Shown: positions 1 through 10,428, numbered from the stretch's first letter. The stretch: DNA of 64,000 bases from an uncultured Candidatus Saccharibacteria bacterium (GCA_964541305.1 CAZIPE010000001.1:82350-146349); one strand, 5' to 3'. Notes: generated from the letters alone by a model not told the origin. Program-made: numbers and translations.

Positions 1-52
1 GGCTGCCTGAAATAATCTTTACGCTATCACCTCGCTTAATTCGCATACTCAT
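1..52 (-). CDS. rplX: 50S ribosomal protein L24, N-terminal fragment (gene runs off the window)
   Basis: ATG at 50-52 overlaps the rplN stop (TAATG). Translation [17 protein letters not shown] fits the L24 KOW N-terminus. Canonical position after rplN. Confidence 0.7.
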   Translation of the reverse strand, partial: MSMRIKRGDSVKIISGS

Positions 53-420
53 TAGAGTACCTCCGGAGCTAAGCTTATGATTTTACTGAAGCCACGATCG
101 CGTAGTTCACGAGGCACGGGCCCGAAGATACGTGTACCTTTAGGTAGTTTGTCGTCACCAATAATCACCGCAGCATTGTCATCAAAACTGATAGTAGAAC
201 CATCTTTACGACGAATCGTGTTCTTGGTACGGACCACCACAGCATGGACTACGCTCTTCTTCTTAACAGTTCCAGTCGGATTAGCTTGTTTTACTGTTGC
301 AACTATCTCGTCACCTATACCTGCATAGCGTTTACGTGAGCCACCGAGTACACGAATACAAAGCAGTTCTTTCGCGCCGCTATTATCGGTTACTTTTAAT
401 CGAGTTTCTTGTTGGATCAT
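52..420 (-). CDS. rplN: 50S ribosomal protein L14
   Basis: 122 aa, [27 protein letters not shown]..., unmistakable L14. The start overlaps the rpsQ stop (ATGA). Confidence 0.98.
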   Translation of the reverse strand: MIQQETRLKVTDNSGAKELLCIRVLGGSRKRYAGIGDEIVATVKQANPTGTVKKKSVVHAVVVRTKNTIRRKDGSTISFDDNAAVIIGDDKLPKGTRIFGPVPRELRDRGFSKIISLAPEVL

Positions 421-683
421 GCGACCACCTCTTCTGCAGCGCCTTCTTTACGCTCAACAATAGAATCGAGCTTAAATGTTTTGTGACGGCTGATAGGTCG
501 GGTTTCAACAACTGCAACTACATCGCCAACTTGCGCTTCATTCTTTTCGTCGTGAACCTGATACTTTTTGCTGACACTATATTGTTTACGATAAATAGGG
601 TGTGTTTTTCGCACCTCGGTCTTAATAACAATTGTCTTGTTTTGAATATCAGAAACTACTGTTCCAGTCATACGTCGTGCCAT
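417..683 (-). CDS. rpsQ: 30S ribosomal protein S17
   Basis: 88 aa, S17-like ([28 protein letters not shown]). Lies between rpmC and rplN. Confidence 0.96.
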   Translation of the reverse strand: MARRMTGTVVSDIQNKTIVIKTEVRKTHPIYRKQYSVSKKYQVHDEKNEAQVGDVVAVVETRPISRHKTFKLDSIVERKEGAAEEVVA

Positions 684-919
684 TACTTGTTCTCCTTTGT
701 GCTCGTAGATTGAGCTTCTGTCGTCATTTGAGTAACTAGGGTATGTGCCTGCGCAATTGAACGGCGTAGTTCACCCAACTGATGCGTTTGCTTAGATTTA
801 CCTGACTGAAGCTCAAGTAGCAATGAAGTACGATCTTTCTTGAGGGATTCAATATAGGCAGTCAGTTCAGCTGGTTTCTTGGTACGCATCTCTTTACCTG
901 TAAGGGTCTTGATTTTCAT
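683..919 (-). CDS. rpmC: 50S ribosomal protein L29
   Basis: 78 aa, helical L29-like N-terminal part ([29 protein letters not shown]). Canonical position between rplP and rpsQ, with a short extra C-terminal tail. Confidence 0.9.
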   Translation of the reverse strand: MKIKTLTGKEMRTKKPAELTAYIESLKKDRTSLLLELQSGKSKQTHQLGELRRSIAQAHTLVTQMTTEAQSTSTKENK

Positions 920-1335
920 TATGACTGCTCCCTTATGACAAACTTAGTTTTAACAGGTAGCTTGTGTGCAGCAAGTCGCATAGCCTCGCGAGCTTGTGCC
1001 TCATCTACGCCACGACCCATTTCGAATAAAACAGTGCCAGGTTTAACTTTTGCAACGAAGAACTCAGGGTTACCTTTACCGCTACCCATTTTCACATCCT
1101 GTGGTTTTCGTGTTACGGGAGTGTGAGGGAAAATACGAATCCATACTTTACCACCACGTTTGACGTAACGAGTCATCGCCTGACGTGCAGATTCAATCTG
1201 ACGTGAGGTAATGCGCTCGGCGTCCATGCTGACCAAACCATAGTCACCAAAGGCAATGTAGTTACCACTGGTAGCTATACCACGGTTTTTGCCCTTGCGT
1301 ACCTTTCGGAACTTAGTTTTTTTTGGAAGTAACAT
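919..1335 (-). CDS. rplP: 50S ribosomal protein L16
   Basis: 138 aa, [16 protein letters not shown]..., canonical L16. Confidence 0.98.
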   Translation of the reverse strand: MLLPKKTKFRKVRKGKNRGIATSGNYIAFGDYGLVSMDAERITSRQIESARQAMTRYVKRGGKVWIRIFPHTPVTRKPQDVKMGSGKGNPEFFVAKVKPGTVLFEMGRGVDEAQAREAMRLAAHKLPVKTKFVIREQS

Positions 1336-1338
1336 AGT

Positions 1339-1968
1339 TTATGCCTCGCCCTTATAAATCCATACTTTAACACCGATAATACCGCTACTTGGGTATTTAG
1401 CCTTTGCGCCGTGGTAATCAATATCTGCTCGCAGAGTGTGGAGTGGTACACTGCCTTCAATATGCTTTTCTCGACGTGACATTTCAGCGCCCATTAAACG
1501 TCCCGCAACTTCGATTCTAATACCTTTAGCACCAGCACGCATGGTTGCAGCAGCAGTCATCTTAACCGCTCGTCTAAATGCAATGCGTCGTTCGAGCTGA
1601 CGGGCAATGTTCTCAGCCACAATCTTGGCTGACAACTCTGGTCGCTTAACTTCTTCAATGTTCACACGAACCTGAGTCATAAAGATATTCTCAGCAAGTA
1701 CCCTGATTTCACCAGCCCCTGAGCCACCTCTGCCAATGACTACACCAGCTTTTGATGTATGAATAGTAATAGTTACAAGGTTTGGTGAGCGTTCAATATC
1801 GATGCGATCAATGACAGCACGAGTTTCGAACTTAGCTTCAATTTCTTTACGGAGCTTAAGATCTTGGTTAAGGAATGTCGCGTAGTCTTTTTTGCCAGCA
1901 AACCACTTGCTTCGCCATTGCTTATTGACCTGAAGTCGCATGCTAATTGGATTTACTTTTTGACCCAT
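1339..1968 (-). CDS. rpsC: 30S ribosomal protein S3
   Basis: 209 aa, MGQKVNPISMRLQVNKQWRSKWF..., S3 with KH domain. Confidence 0.98.
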   Translation of the reverse strand: MGQKVNPISMRLQVNKQWRSKWFAGKKDYATFLNQDLKLRKEIEAKFETRAVIDRIDIERSPNLVTITIHTSKAGVVIGRGGSGAGEIRVLAENIFMTQVRVNIEEVKRPELSAKIVAENIARQLERRIAFRRAVKMTAAATMRAGAKGIRIEVAGRLMGAEMSRREKHIEGSVPLHTLRADIDYHGAKAKYPSSGIIGVKVWIYKGEA

Positions 1969-2357
1969 TATTTGGTCTCCTTCTTGGTCGTAACCTTAGC
2001 TTTTGGTCGAGGTTTTTCTTCACCAGATACAATAACGGTTACATGAGTAGTACGTTTCTGATACGGATGCGCAGAGCCACGAGCCACGGGGCGGAACCGC
2101 TTCATTCGTGGGCCAGGACTGACGTGAAGGTCGGTAATAAGCAAGTCATCTCCCTTAGCATTGTGATTGTGTGTCGCATTTGCTTTTGCACTATTAATAG
2201 CTTTAATGACAGGGCCAGCAGCGCGACGGGGAGTATGTTCTAAGATTACCAAGGCATCTTCAACAGTACGTCCACGGACAAGTGAAGCAACCTCACCAAT
2301 TTTTCGGGGAGTCATCTGAATACCTTTAGCCTGAGCCTTGATAGAGATAGTAGCCAT
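1968..2357 (-). CDS. rplV: 50S ribosomal protein L22
   Basis: 129 aa, L22 core (RKIGEVASLVRGRTVEDALVILEHTP) plus a Lys-rich C-terminal tail. Confidence 0.96.
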   Translation of the reverse strand: MATISIKAQAKGIQMTPRKIGEVASLVRGRTVEDALVILEHTPRRAAGPVIKAINSAKANATHNHNAKGDDLLITDLHVSPGPRMKRFRPVARGSAHPYQKRTTHVTVIVSGEEKPRPKAKVTTKKETK

Positions 2358-2620
2358 TATTTCGCCTTGCCTCCGTGCTTACGGAACTTACGGGTAGGAG
2401 AAAACTCACCAAGTTTATGACCAACCATGTTTTCACTCACAAATACCGGGACATGAACCTTACCATTATGAACCGCAATTGTTCGGCCAACCATTTCTGG
2501 AGTAATTGAACAGGCGCGCGCCCATGTCTTAATAACGGTTCTATCATCAGCACCCAAGGCTGCAACTTTCTTAGCAAGCTTCGGGTCTACGAATGGTCCT
2601 TTTTTCAGTGATCTACTCAT
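2357..2620 (-). CDS. rpsS: 30S ribosomal protein S19
   Basis: 87 aa, [15 protein letters not shown]..., canonical S19. Confidence 0.98.
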   Translation of the reverse strand: MSRSLKKGPFVDPKLAKKVAALGADDRTVIKTWARACSITPEMVGRTIAVHNGKVHVPVFVSENMVGHKLGEFSPTRKFRKHGGKAK

Positions 2621-3459
2621 TATTTCTTCCTCTTAGCCTGGTGGCGGCTTCTTATAATAGATTTATTAGTTCGCTTATTGCGTCGAGTCTTAGTACCAAG
2701 TGTTGGTTTACCCCAAGGAGTCTTCGGCTGTCCACCAATACCGTGCGCACCACCATCACCACCACCATGTGGGTGATCTACGGCATTCATAACTACACCA
2801 CGAACGGATGGGCGGAATCCGAGATGTCGTTTGCGGCCTGCTGAACCAATCTTAACGTTCTGATGTTGTTCATTACCTACGGCACCAATAGTCGCCATAC
2901 ATTCAAGCTGTACCGTGCGTACTTCACCGCTTGGTAGTTTAATCTGTGCTAAATCACCTTCTTTGGCTGTAAGTTGAGCTTTTACACCAGCGCTTCGCAC
3001 GATTTGCGCACCACGACCCGGCTGGAGTTCAATACCATGGACAAAGGTACCGGCAGGAATGCTTCGAAGTGGAAGCCTGTTACCCGGTTCAATAGCAGAT
3101 TTTTCACCAACTGAGATAACCTGACCAACTTTCATGCCGTTACCAGCAAGAATGTAGTGATAGACATTTTTCTGATCTTTAATACGAGCGATACGAGCTG
3201 ATCGGTTTGGATCGTATTCAATAGCCTCAATTGTTGCCGACTCAATGTTGAGCTGAGAAAAGTTCATTATTCGGTAAAAACGCTTTGCTCCACCACCGCG
3301 ATGTCGAGTAGTGATTCTACCCTGATTATTGCGACCATTGGTACGTCGTTTAATAACAATAAGTGACTTGAGAGGTTTCTTGGTCGTAACCTGTGAAAGG
3401 TCTTGCGTTGTCATGCCTCTTCGGCCAGGAGTAGTTGGTTTGTAAGGGGTAACAGCCAT
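2620..3459 (-). CDS. rplB: 50S ribosomal protein L2
   Basis: 279 aa, [16 protein letters not shown] and HPHGGG motifs. Confidence 0.98.
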   Translation of the reverse strand: MAVTPYKPTTPGRRGMTTQDLSQVTTKKPLKSLIVIKRRTNGRNNQGRITTRHRGGGAKRFYRIMNFSQLNIESATIEAIEYDPNRSARIARIKDQKNVYHYILAGNGMKVGQVISVGEKSAIEPGNRLPLRSIPAGTFVHGIELQPGRGAQIVRSAGVKAQLTAKEGDLAQIKLPSGEVRTVQLECMATIGAVGNEQHQNVKIGSAGRKRHLGFRPSVRGVVMNAVDHPHGGGDGGAHGIGGQPKTPWGKPTLGTKTRRNKRTNKSIIRSRHQAKRKK

Positions 3460-3809
3460 TACTTCTTCTCCTTCTTCTTTGCAGCTTTTTCGGCTTTAGC
3501 GACAGCTTTTTCTTCTTCTTCAAAAATCTTAATGCTATCACCATCTTTTAAGCGGACGTAGGCTTTCTTAATATCGTTTCGCTTACCCATAATCGGACGG
3601 GCCTTACGATTACCAAGTCGGACTGAGCGGGCAACTTTACCATTTTGTACAATGATATTCACATCAGTAACAGTAACCTTAAACTGCTCCTGGACCGCTT
3701 CTTTAACTTGCATCTTGTTGGCTGCGGTTGGTACCACAAATACATATGTCTGATTCATGACACTTTGCTGGTAAGCTTTTTCGCTCATTCGTGGCTTAAG
3801 ATCTATCAT
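3459..3809 (-). CDS. rplW: 50S ribosomal protein L23
   Basis: L23-like (PRMSEKAY, VFVVPTAANKMQVKEAV). I prefer the ATG at 3809, which overlaps the rplD stop (ATGA), over the GTG at 3827 used by the track. Glu/Lys-rich C-terminal tail. Confidence 0.92.
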   Translation of the reverse strand: MIDLKPRMSEKAYQQSVMNQTYVFVVPTAANKMQVKEAVQEQFKVTVTDVNIIVQNGKVARSVRLGNRKARPIMGKRNDIKKAYVRLKDGDSIKIFEEEEKAVAKAEKAAKKKEKK

Positions 3810-4456
3810 TTCTTTTCTCCTAACCACTCAGCGACCATATCGACAGCCTTTTTTGTAATAAGGATGTTATCAGCATTTAAAATGTCATACACATTAAGAT
3901 ATGAAGCTTGAACTACTTTGACATCAGATATGTTACGAGTAGAACGTTCAACCATAGCATCTTTTTGGTCAACAACCAGGAGAGTGTTTCTCTCGAGTTT
4001 ATGCTTAGCAATAAGATCAAGCGTTACTTTAACTTTACCGTCCTTAGATACAAAGCTATCAATAACGGTAACTTTCTTGGCTTTATTCGAAATACTAAGG
4101 GCTTGACGAATCGCTTGGCGCTTTTGAGCAACCGGAAGAGTTTTTGAGTAGTTTTCATTACCTGTTGGACCAAAGACAATACCACCACCGCGCCAGATAG
4201 GGTTTCTGCTGGAACCAAATCGGGCCCGTCCTGTACCTTTTTGACGCCATGGTTTTTTACCACCACCGCGAACAAGTCCTCGTGTTTTGGTTACGGCAAG
4301 GTTACCGCGTCCATTAGCAAGATAGGCCTGGTAAGCGCGTTGTAATAGTTCGTGGTTATTAACTTCAACAGAGAATACATCCTTAGGAAGTACTGTTGTC
4401 GTGGAAGACGCTTTAGCCTTAGGAGTAGTCTTGGTAGTTACTTTTGCTTCTGCCAT
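3806..4456 (-). CDS. rplD: 50S ribosomal protein L4
   Basis: 216 aa, KPWRQKGTGRAR motif, with a Thr/Lys-rich N-terminal extension of about 25 aa. Confidence 0.95.
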   Translation of the reverse strand: MAEAKVTTKTTPKAKASSTTTVLPKDVFSVEVNNHELLQRAYQAYLANGRGNLAVTKTRGLVRGGGKKPWRQKGTGRARFGSSRNPIWRGGGIVFGPTGNENYSKTLPVAQKRQAIRQALSISNKAKKVTVIDSFVSKDGKVKVTLDLIAKHKLERNTLLVVDQKDAMVERSTRNISDVKVVQASYLNVYDILNADNILITKKAVDMVAEWLGEKK

Positions 4457-4457
4457 A

Positions 4458-5081
4458 TTATGCCCCTACCACCACAACACTACCTTTTTTGGGACCGGGT
4501 ACTGCACCGGTAACCCCAAGTAGGTTCTTTGCTTCATCAATAAAAGCTACTTGAAGGCCGGATACTGTCACACGTTCGTGACCCATATGACCCGCCATAC
4601 GCTTACCTTTGAAGACTTTCTGTGGATACATCGAACCGATTGAACCAGGACGACGTACCATTCCATTACCACCATGAGTACTCGCACTGGTAGCAAAGTT
4701 ATGTCGCTTTACAGTACCCGCGAAACCCTTTCCTTTGCTGGTGCCAGTGACTTTTACCATGTCTCCAATGCTAAATTCTGAAACAGAAAAAGAGGAGCCT
4801 ACTTTCATTTGCTCCTCATCTTCAACTTTTACGTTACGGAATTCGCGAATCATTCGTGGTGCGAGTGCCTTATCTGCTTTTGCAACGTGCCCAGCCACCG
4901 GTTTGCTCGTATTCTTACCACCACCAACTGCCACTTGAACGGCATCATAACCATCAGTTTCAGTTGTTTTAATTTGAGTTATTACACAAGGACCTGCTTG
5001 CAGGATTGTTACGGGCGTAAGTGTTCCATCCTCAGCGAGGATCTGTGTCATACCTAATTTTGTGCCCAATAGTGCCTTCAT
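4458..5081 (-). CDS. rplC: 50S ribosomal protein L3
   Basis: [14 protein letters not shown]... and KGKGFAG are typical of L3. Start moved to ATG 5081, which has AAGGA a few nt upstream. The track start at 5108 remains possible. Confidence 0.95.
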   Translation of the reverse strand: MKALLGTKLGMTQILAEDGTLTPVTILQAGPCVITQIKTTETDGYDAVQVAVGGGKNTSKPVAGHVAKADKALAPRMIREFRNVKVEDEEQMKVGSSFSVSEFSIGDMVKVTGTSKGKGFAGTVKRHNFATSASTHGGNGMVRRPGSIGSMYPQKVFKGKRMAGHMGHERVTVSGLQVAFIDEAKNLLGVTGAVPGPKKGSVVVVGA

Positions 5082-5199
5082 ATAATCCTTGTTTTTACCT
5101 TTTAGCATATAAAAATCTTGGGCTACCTGTGGTTTCTTATATTTTTTGTATAGACCTTCAGATGTGCCAAGTGCTAAAGAAGCATAAAGTTACCAAGTA

Positions 5200-5229
5200 A
5201 GTGTATCAGATAAGCTGAACTGGTGTCAA
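5200..5229 (-). promoter_or_regulatory. sigma70-type promoter upstream of rplC
   Basis: Minus strand reads TTGACA (5224-5229), 18 nt, TACACT (5200-5205), roughly 110 nt upstream of the rplC ATG. Confidence 0.55.
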
Positions 5230-5232
5230 CAG

Positions 5233-5502
5233 TTAAATTGTAATGCCAACAGGGAGATAGAAGCTGATGAATGTGGCAGCCAGAAGTACTGCATACTCAA
5301 TTTTGCGATCTATCTGAAAATGTTCATGAGAAGCAAAGATTAAGCCGAGGATTAAACCCACCGGTATACTTAGGTGTTCGAACGGTCCAAACGAAACGTT
5401 TAATAGACGTATCCAAAACGTACCGAGGAGAAAATAGAGCACTAGTTTTAAAAAGTAGGCCGAATCACTCTCTCTCGAAGACTTCTTTTTTCTTTTTGCC
5501 AT
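5233..5502 (-). CDS. hypothetical small membrane protein
   Basis: 89-aa ORF with a Lys-rich N-terminus followed by hydrophobic helices. It fills the gap between rpsJ and rplC. I recognise no family. Confidence 0.5.
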   Translation of the reverse strand: MAKRKKKSSRESDSAYFLKLVLYFLLGTFWIRLLNVSFGPFEHLSIPVGLILGLIFASHEHFQIDRKIEYAVLLAATFISFYLPVGITI

Positions 5503-5569
5503 TATACTTATAGTTAAGCATAACTAGTGTCATCTGTCACGCAGTACCTACAAAGGGATCCAAAGCGCA

Positions 5570-5893
5570 CTAGTTCATTTTGATTTCAGCATCACAACCA
5601 GCTGGAAGACTGAGGTTCATGAGTGAATCAACTGTTTTTGGTGTAGGGTCAAGAATGTCTATAAGGCGCTTGTGCACGCGCATCTCAAACTGTTCCATGC
5701 CTTTTTTGTAGACATGTGGGCTCTTAATAACCGTGAACTTACTCTTTCGGGTTGGAAGAGGAATCGGACCGTTGATCGTTGCTCCGGTTCGAAGAGCCGT
5801 ATCAATAATTTGTTTGGCAGACTGGTCGATAATTTTATGATCGTATGCTTTAAGACGAATACGAATCTTTTGCTTTGGTGCTACTTCTGACAT
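5570..5893 (-). CDS. rpsJ: 30S ribosomal protein S10
   Basis: [26 protein letters not shown]... is canonical S10. Start moved to ATG 5893 (AAAGGA upstream), because the first 18 aa of the track ORF are not S10-like. Confidence 0.95.
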   Translation of the reverse strand: MSEVAPKQKIRIRLKAYDHKIIDQSAKQIIDTALRTGATINGPIPLPTRKSKFTVIKSPHVYKKGMEQFEMRVHKRLIDILDPTPKTVDSLMNLSLPAGCDAEIKMN

Positions 5894-6014
5894 GGAATGT
5901 CCTTTCGTTGTTGTAATGTAACATCCCAAGGAGGTTATAGAGAACACACCTTGTGACTTTTAGTCATTACGATTAATGATGTAATCAAATTGTACAACAG
6001 GTAGCGAATTTTGT

Positions 6015-6413
6015 CTAGTGAGGTAAATTAACGCCCGCTTCTTTAGCGGTGATTATTGTATTTTTATAGGTAAGAAGTATTTTCTTTTCTAGGCTCAGTT
6101 TATGAAACTCTTGCTCGTCCTTGTCTGCACTCTTAGGCTGTGAAAGCATTGCATAAATTTCCTTGATATCGTTCTCTAGTGCCTCAACGCGTCCATCTAG
6201 TGAGTCGAATTTTTGATTTAGAAGTCTAACTTCACTCTTAAGATATGAAACATCATGCTTCAACGTTGAAATATCGGCTCTTATTTTAACTATGTCCTTT
6301 TTAATCCCTGCAATTTCGTGACGTAACTCGTCAAATTGTGGTCCAGTTACTGCCTCGACACCTTCAATAACAATCGTGCGAATTTGGTCAAGATCATTTT
6401 GCGTCAAGCTCAT
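6015..6413 (-). CDS. hypothetical coiled-coil protein
   Basis: About 132 aa, heptad-rich (IAGIKKDIVKIRADISTLKHDVSYLKSEVRLLNQKFDSLDGRVEALENDIKEI). Start set to the second ATG (6413), which lies 6 nt after a TGaTAAAAT extended -10. The track start is 6419. Confidence 0.6.
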   Translation of the reverse strand: MSLTQNDLDQIRTIVIEGVEAVTGPQFDELRHEIAGIKKDIVKIRADISTLKHDVSYLKSEVRLLNQKFDSLDGRVEALENDIKEIYAMLSQPKSADKDEQEFHKLSLEKKILLTYKNTIITAKEAGVNLPH

Positions 6414-6437
6414 AAGCATATTTTATCATAAATATTC

Positions 6438-6467
6438 AAAAGAGGTGCTCGTTGTGAACACCTCTTT
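6438..6467 (-). terminator. intrinsic terminator after tuf
   Basis: 9-bp stem AAAGAGGTG/CACCTCTTT (6439-6447 / 6459-6467) with an 11-nt loop. On the minus strand it is followed by a U-rich tract, about 20 nt downstream of the tuf stop. Confidence 0.6.
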
Positions 6468-6485
6468 ATTGGCTAGATTACTAAA

Positions 6486-7667
6486 TTATTTAGTGATCTT
6501 AGTAACCACACCAGCACCTACGGTTCGGCCACCTTCGCGGATTGCGAATCGAAGACCATCATCCATAGCGATTGGAGCGAGCAGTTTTACCTTGAAAGTG
6601 ATAGTATCACCAGGCATAACCATCTCTTTATCGGCTGGAAGTTCAACTTCACCAGTTACATCAGTAGTACGGAAGTAAAACTGTGGTTTGTAACCCTTAA
6701 AGAATGGAGTGTGACGTCCACCTTCTTCTTTGGTAAGAATGTATACTTCAGCATCAAATTCTGTGTGCGGAGTAATCGTACCTGGCTTTGCAAGCACCTG
6801 GCCGCGTTCAATATCTTCTCGTTCAATACCGCGAAGCAAGATACCTGCGTTATCACCAGCTTGACCTTGGTCAAGAGACTTCTTGAAAGCTTCGATACCT
6901 GTTACCACGCTCTTTCGAGTTTCACGGATACCAACGATTTCAACTTCGTCGTTTACTTTTACGATACCAGTTTCAACACGTCCGGTCGCAACTGTTCCAC
7001 GACCCTTGATTGAAAATACATCTTCAATAGGCATAAGGAATGACTTATCAAGATCACGTGTTGGTTCAGGAATGTAATCATCCATAGCCTTAACGAGTTC
7101 CATAACAGCGTCTTCGTCAGATGCAGATCCTTCAAGGGCCTTAGTAGCAGAACCCTTGATGATAGGACAATCTCGGTCGAATTCGTACTTCGCAAGAAGG
7201 TCACGAACATCTTCTTCAATAAGTTCTACGAGTTCAGCATCAGCAAGGTCCATCTTGTTGAGGAAAACAACAATCTTAGGTACGCCCACTTGCTTAGCAA
7301 GAAGAACGTGCTCTCGAGTTTGTGGCATAGGACCATCAGCTGCAGATACTACAAGAACAGCACCATCAATTTGTGCGGCACCAGTAATCATGTTCTTAAC
7401 GTAGTCGGCGTGACCTGGCATATCAACGTGAGCGTAGTGACGCTTTTCGCTTTCATACTCTTGGTGAGAAGTAGCAATGGTTATACCACGTGCTTTTTCT
7501 TCCGGTGCGTTATCGATTTGTGCGTAGTCGACTTTCTTGTTAACGTCGCTTGGTAGCTTCTTTGCTAATACGGTTGTAATAGCCGCTGTTAGTGTTGTCT
7601 TACCATGATCAACGTGACCCATAGTACCAACATTGACATGAGGTTTTGTTCGATCAAAATCTGCCAT
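6486..7667 (-). CDS. tuf: elongation factor Tu
   Basis: 393 aa, [18 protein letters not shown] and NKMD motifs. Full-length EF-Tu. Confidence 0.99.
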   Translation of the reverse strand: MADFDRTKPHVNVGTMGHVDHGKTTLTAAITTVLAKKLPSDVNKKVDYAQIDNAPEEKARGITIATSHQEYESEKRHYAHVDMPGHADYVKNMITGAAQIDGAVLVVSAADGPMPQTREHVLLAKQVGVPKIVVFLNKMDLADAELVELIEEDVRDLLAKYEFDRDCPIIKGSATKALEGSASDEDAVMELVKAMDDYIPEPTRDLDKSFLMPIEDVFSIKGRGTVATGRVETGIVKVNDEVEIVGIRETRKSVVTGIEAFKKSLDQGQAGDNAGILLRGIEREDIERGQVLAKPGTITPHTEFDAEVYILTKEEGGRHTPFFKGYKPQFYFRTTDVTGEVELPADKEMVMPGDTITFKVKLLAPIAMDDGLRFAIREGGRTVGAGVVTKITK

Positions 7668-7761
7668 TATTTCTCCTTGTTATTACTTTCGTTAATTTTG
7701 TCACGCGGTCCTTATTGCTTGAGATAGCACTCAAACAACGCCCTCACGCGAGATACTCAAT

Positions 7762-7790
7762 TATTGTAATTCATTACCATGCTATTGTAA
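7762..7790 (-). promoter_or_regulatory. sigma70-type promoter upstream of tuf
   Basis: Minus strand reads TTTACA (7785-7790), 17 nt, TACAAT (7762-7767). The leader is roughly 95 nt and ends in AAGGAG before the tuf ATG. Confidence 0.5.
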
Positions 7791-7845
7791 AGATGAGTAT
7801 TGCTTTTAAAAACACTGTGGTTTACCTCTTCCCAGCAAATATGTT

Positions 7846-8253
7846 CTATCTGAGCTTATGCAGGGCTTTTACCGCACCCAATTGCTCTGCACCGGTTGCT
7901 TGAGCGCGCGCCACATGGTCAAACGGCGAATTATCTGCCCTGTCTTCGCCTATGCGGAATGGCGACTCCCGAATATCACCACTAGCAGTTACATTTCCGA
8001 GTATAAAACTCCGGGCCCGGCATGACATCAGTCTCCTGCCATCACATGTGACAGCTTCGACATAAGGGTTTGATGTGAGGTTGCGTGCATTCGAAATATC
8101 GTTCAGCTCCATCGCCTCATAGATTTCTTGCTTCACACGTCTGCAACTTGCGTAGCATTTTGGTTGAATAAATACTTGTACTTCGGTAGTCGGAAATACA
8201 TCCGGAGCCGATAATTGTTCTATTTTCGGAATTGTATGTATCATCTCAGCCAT
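7846..8253 (-). CDS. hypothetical protein (four Cys in two pairs)
   Basis: 135-aa ORF with a GAGGA Shine-Dalgarno sequence 6 nt upstream. Contains CYASC and CDGRRLMSC. It fills the fusA-tuf spacer. I recognise no family. Confidence 0.6.
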   Translation of the reverse strand: MAEMIHTIPKIEQLSAPDVFPTTEVQVFIQPKCYASCRRVKQEIYEAMELNDISNARNLTSNPYVEAVTCDGRRLMSCRARSFILGNVTASGDIRESPFRIGEDRADNSPFDHVARAQATGAEQLGAVKALHKLR

Positions 8254-8325
8254 AAGTGGTCCTCGCTCAATTTAGTTATCAGTACTATTATTCATTGCGT
8301 TAGCAACGAATGTCAAATTTAGTAC

Positions 8326-10407
8326 TTATTTACTGCGATTAGCGATAACTGCTTCAGCAACATTTGGTGGAACTTCCGCGTAGTGTGCGAGTTCCATCGT
8401 AGAGCTTGCGCGGCCCTGTGTCATCGAACGAATATCAGTGGTGTAACCAAACATTTCAGCGAGTGGAACAAAGGCATCAATAACCTTAGCGTTAGAACGA
8501 TCCTCCATGCTCTCAACGCGTCCACGTCGTGAATTGAGGTCTCCAATAACATCACCCATGAATTCCTCAGGAACAACAACTTCAACTTTCATTACAGGCT
8601 CAAGGAGAACACCACCGCCTTTTTTCACGCCTTCTTGAAGAGCCATGCTTCCGGCAATCTTAAAGGCCATTTCAGATGAGTCAACATCGTGATAACTACC
8701 ATCGTAAAGCTCAGCTGAAACGTCTACTACGGGGTAGCCAGCAATAACACCGTTGCCCATCGCTTCTTCAACACCTTGCTGAACAGGTTTGATGTATTCA
8801 CTTGGAACAGCACCACCCTTAATAGAGTTGATGAACTCGAAGCCCTTACCTGGTTCTTGAGGCTTAAGGCGAAGCCATACGTCACCGTACTGACCACGAC
8901 CACCAGATTGACGGATAAACTTACCCTGAATTTCAACTTCTTTTTTAATCGTTTCACGATAAGCAACTTGAGGTTGTCCAATGTTAGCTTCAACACTGAA
9001 TTCTCGCTTCATTCGATCAACAAGGATCTCGAGGTGAAGCTCACCCATTCCCGAGATAATAGTCTGACCAGTTTCCTCGTCTGTGTGAACGCGGAAGGTA
9101 GGATCTTCTTCGGCAAGACGCTGAAGGGCAATACCCATTTTTTCTTGGTCTGCTTTGGTCTTAGGTTCAATAGCAATTGAAACCGGAGGATCGGGGAAGG
9201 TAATGCTCTCAAGAATAATCGGATTAGTTGGATCACAAAGGGTGTTTCCGGTAGTCGTAGCTTTCATGCCAACAATGGCTGCAATATCCCCTGCTTCTAC
9301 CTCTTCTACGTCTTCTCGCTTATCGGCGTGCATACGGACCAAACGGCCAACACGGGTTTTTTCACCAGTAGAGCTGTTTAGAATATAACTACCAGCGGTA
9401 ATCTTTCCCGAATAGACACGGAAGAAACAGAGTTTGCCCATGAATGGATCGGTAGCGATTTTAAAGGCCAGACCAGAAAATGGTTCGGCGTTATCTGATT
9501 TTCGCTCAATTTCATCACCCGTCTTAGGGTGTGTTCCCCATACAGATCCACGGTCAAGCGGGCTAGGAAGGAATTGAATAACAAGGTCAAGTACCTTCTC
9601 AACAATAACCCCACGGCCATCTCCACCGGTAACAATGAAGAATTCACCAGTCAATACCGCTTTTCGAATAGCGGAACAGAGTTCTTCTTCAGTAATAGAC
9701 TCTTCACCGCTCTCAAAGTACTTATCAAGGAGTTCGTCGTCGTAACTCACCGCTGATTCAACGAGTAGGCTGCGAGCATTCTTGGCCTTTTCAACCATGT
9801 CTTCAGGAATTTCACCTTCAACGAGTGCCTTATCGGTAAAGTCTTTGTAGGTGTAGGCTTTCATAGTGATAAGATCAACGACGCCATTAATAGTCTGCTC
9901 AAAACCAATTGGGAGATGAACAGGCACTGCATGCTTTGTTAAGCGTTGGTGAATAGTTTCGAGAGATTTGTAGAAATCCCCGCCTGTTTGGTTAATCTTG
10001 TTAATAAAGCAGACACGAGGTACGCCGTACTTATCGGCTTGTCGCCATACAGTTTCAGATTGTGATTCAACACCCATCTTACCGTCAAAGACCGTAACAG
10101 CCCCATCAAGCACACGAAGTGATCGCTCAACTTCAGCCGTAAAGTCAATATGACCTGGTGTATCGATAATATTGATCTGGTGATCTTTCCAGAAACAGGT
10201 AACAGCAGCAGAGGTAATAGTAATACCACGCTCACGTTCTTGCTCCATCCAGTCAGTAGTGGTTTCACCTTCGTGAACCGCACCAATCTTGTGAGAGATA
10301 CCCGTACGGTATAGCACGCCCTCTGTTGTGGTGGTCTTACCCGCATCAATATGGGCAATAATCCCAATGTTACGCAGTTTTACTAAATCTATCTTCTTTG
10401 TTGCCAT
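8326..10407 (-). CDS. fusA: elongation factor G
   Basis: 693 aa, [20 protein letters not shown] and NKINQ motifs. Full-length EF-G. Confidence 0.99.
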   Translation of the reverse strand: MATKKIDLVKLRNIGIIAHIDAGKTTTTEGVLYRTGISHKIGAVHEGETTTDWMEQERERGITITSAAVTCFWKDHQINIIDTPGHIDFTAEVERSLRVLDGAVTVFDGKMGVESQSETVWRQADKYGVPRVCFINKINQTGGDFYKSLETIHQRLTKHAVPVHLPIGFEQTINGVVDLITMKAYTYKDFTDKALVEGEIPEDMVEKAKNARSLLVESAVSYDDELLDKYFESGEESITEEELCSAIRKAVLTGEFFIVTGGDGRGVIVEKVLDLVIQFLPSPLDRGSVWGTHPKTGDEIERKSDNAEPFSGLAFKIATDPFMGKLCFFRVYSGKITAGSYILNSSTGEKTRVGRLVRMHADKREDVEEVEAGDIAAIVGMKATTTGNTLCDPTNPIILESITFPDPPVSIAIEPKTKADQEKMGIALQRLAEEDPTFRVHTDEETGQTIISGMGELHLEILVDRMKREFSVEANIGQPQVAYRETIKKEVEIQGKFIRQSGGRGQYGDVWLRLKPQEPGKGFEFINSIKGGAVPSEYIKPVQQGVEEAMGNGVIAGYPVVDVSAELYDGSYHDVDSSEMAFKIAGSMALQEGVKKGGGVLLEPVMKVEVVVPEEFMGDVIGDLNSRRGRVESMEDRSNAKVIDAFVPLAEMFGYTTDIRSMTQGRASSTMELAHYAEVPPNVAEAVIANRSK

Positions 10408-10410
10408 ATA

Positions 10411-10428
10411 TTATCCTTTTTATCCTTT
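10411..10428 (-). repeat. tandem 9-mer AAAGGATAA x2 at the ORF120/fusA junction
   Basis: Minus strand reads ...gatagaaaa AAAGGATAA AAAGGATAA tatATG(fusA). The upstream copy carries the ORF120 stop, and the downstream copy is the fusA SD followed by TAA. Confidence 0.9.

Noticed and set aside
8266-8323. A short direct repeat CAA(A)TTTAGT occurring twice in the fusA-ORF135 spacer, considered as an insertion footprint.
   Set aside because: It is only 8-9 nt of AT-rich sequence within one spacer. It does not flank the ORF and is too short to distinguish from chance.
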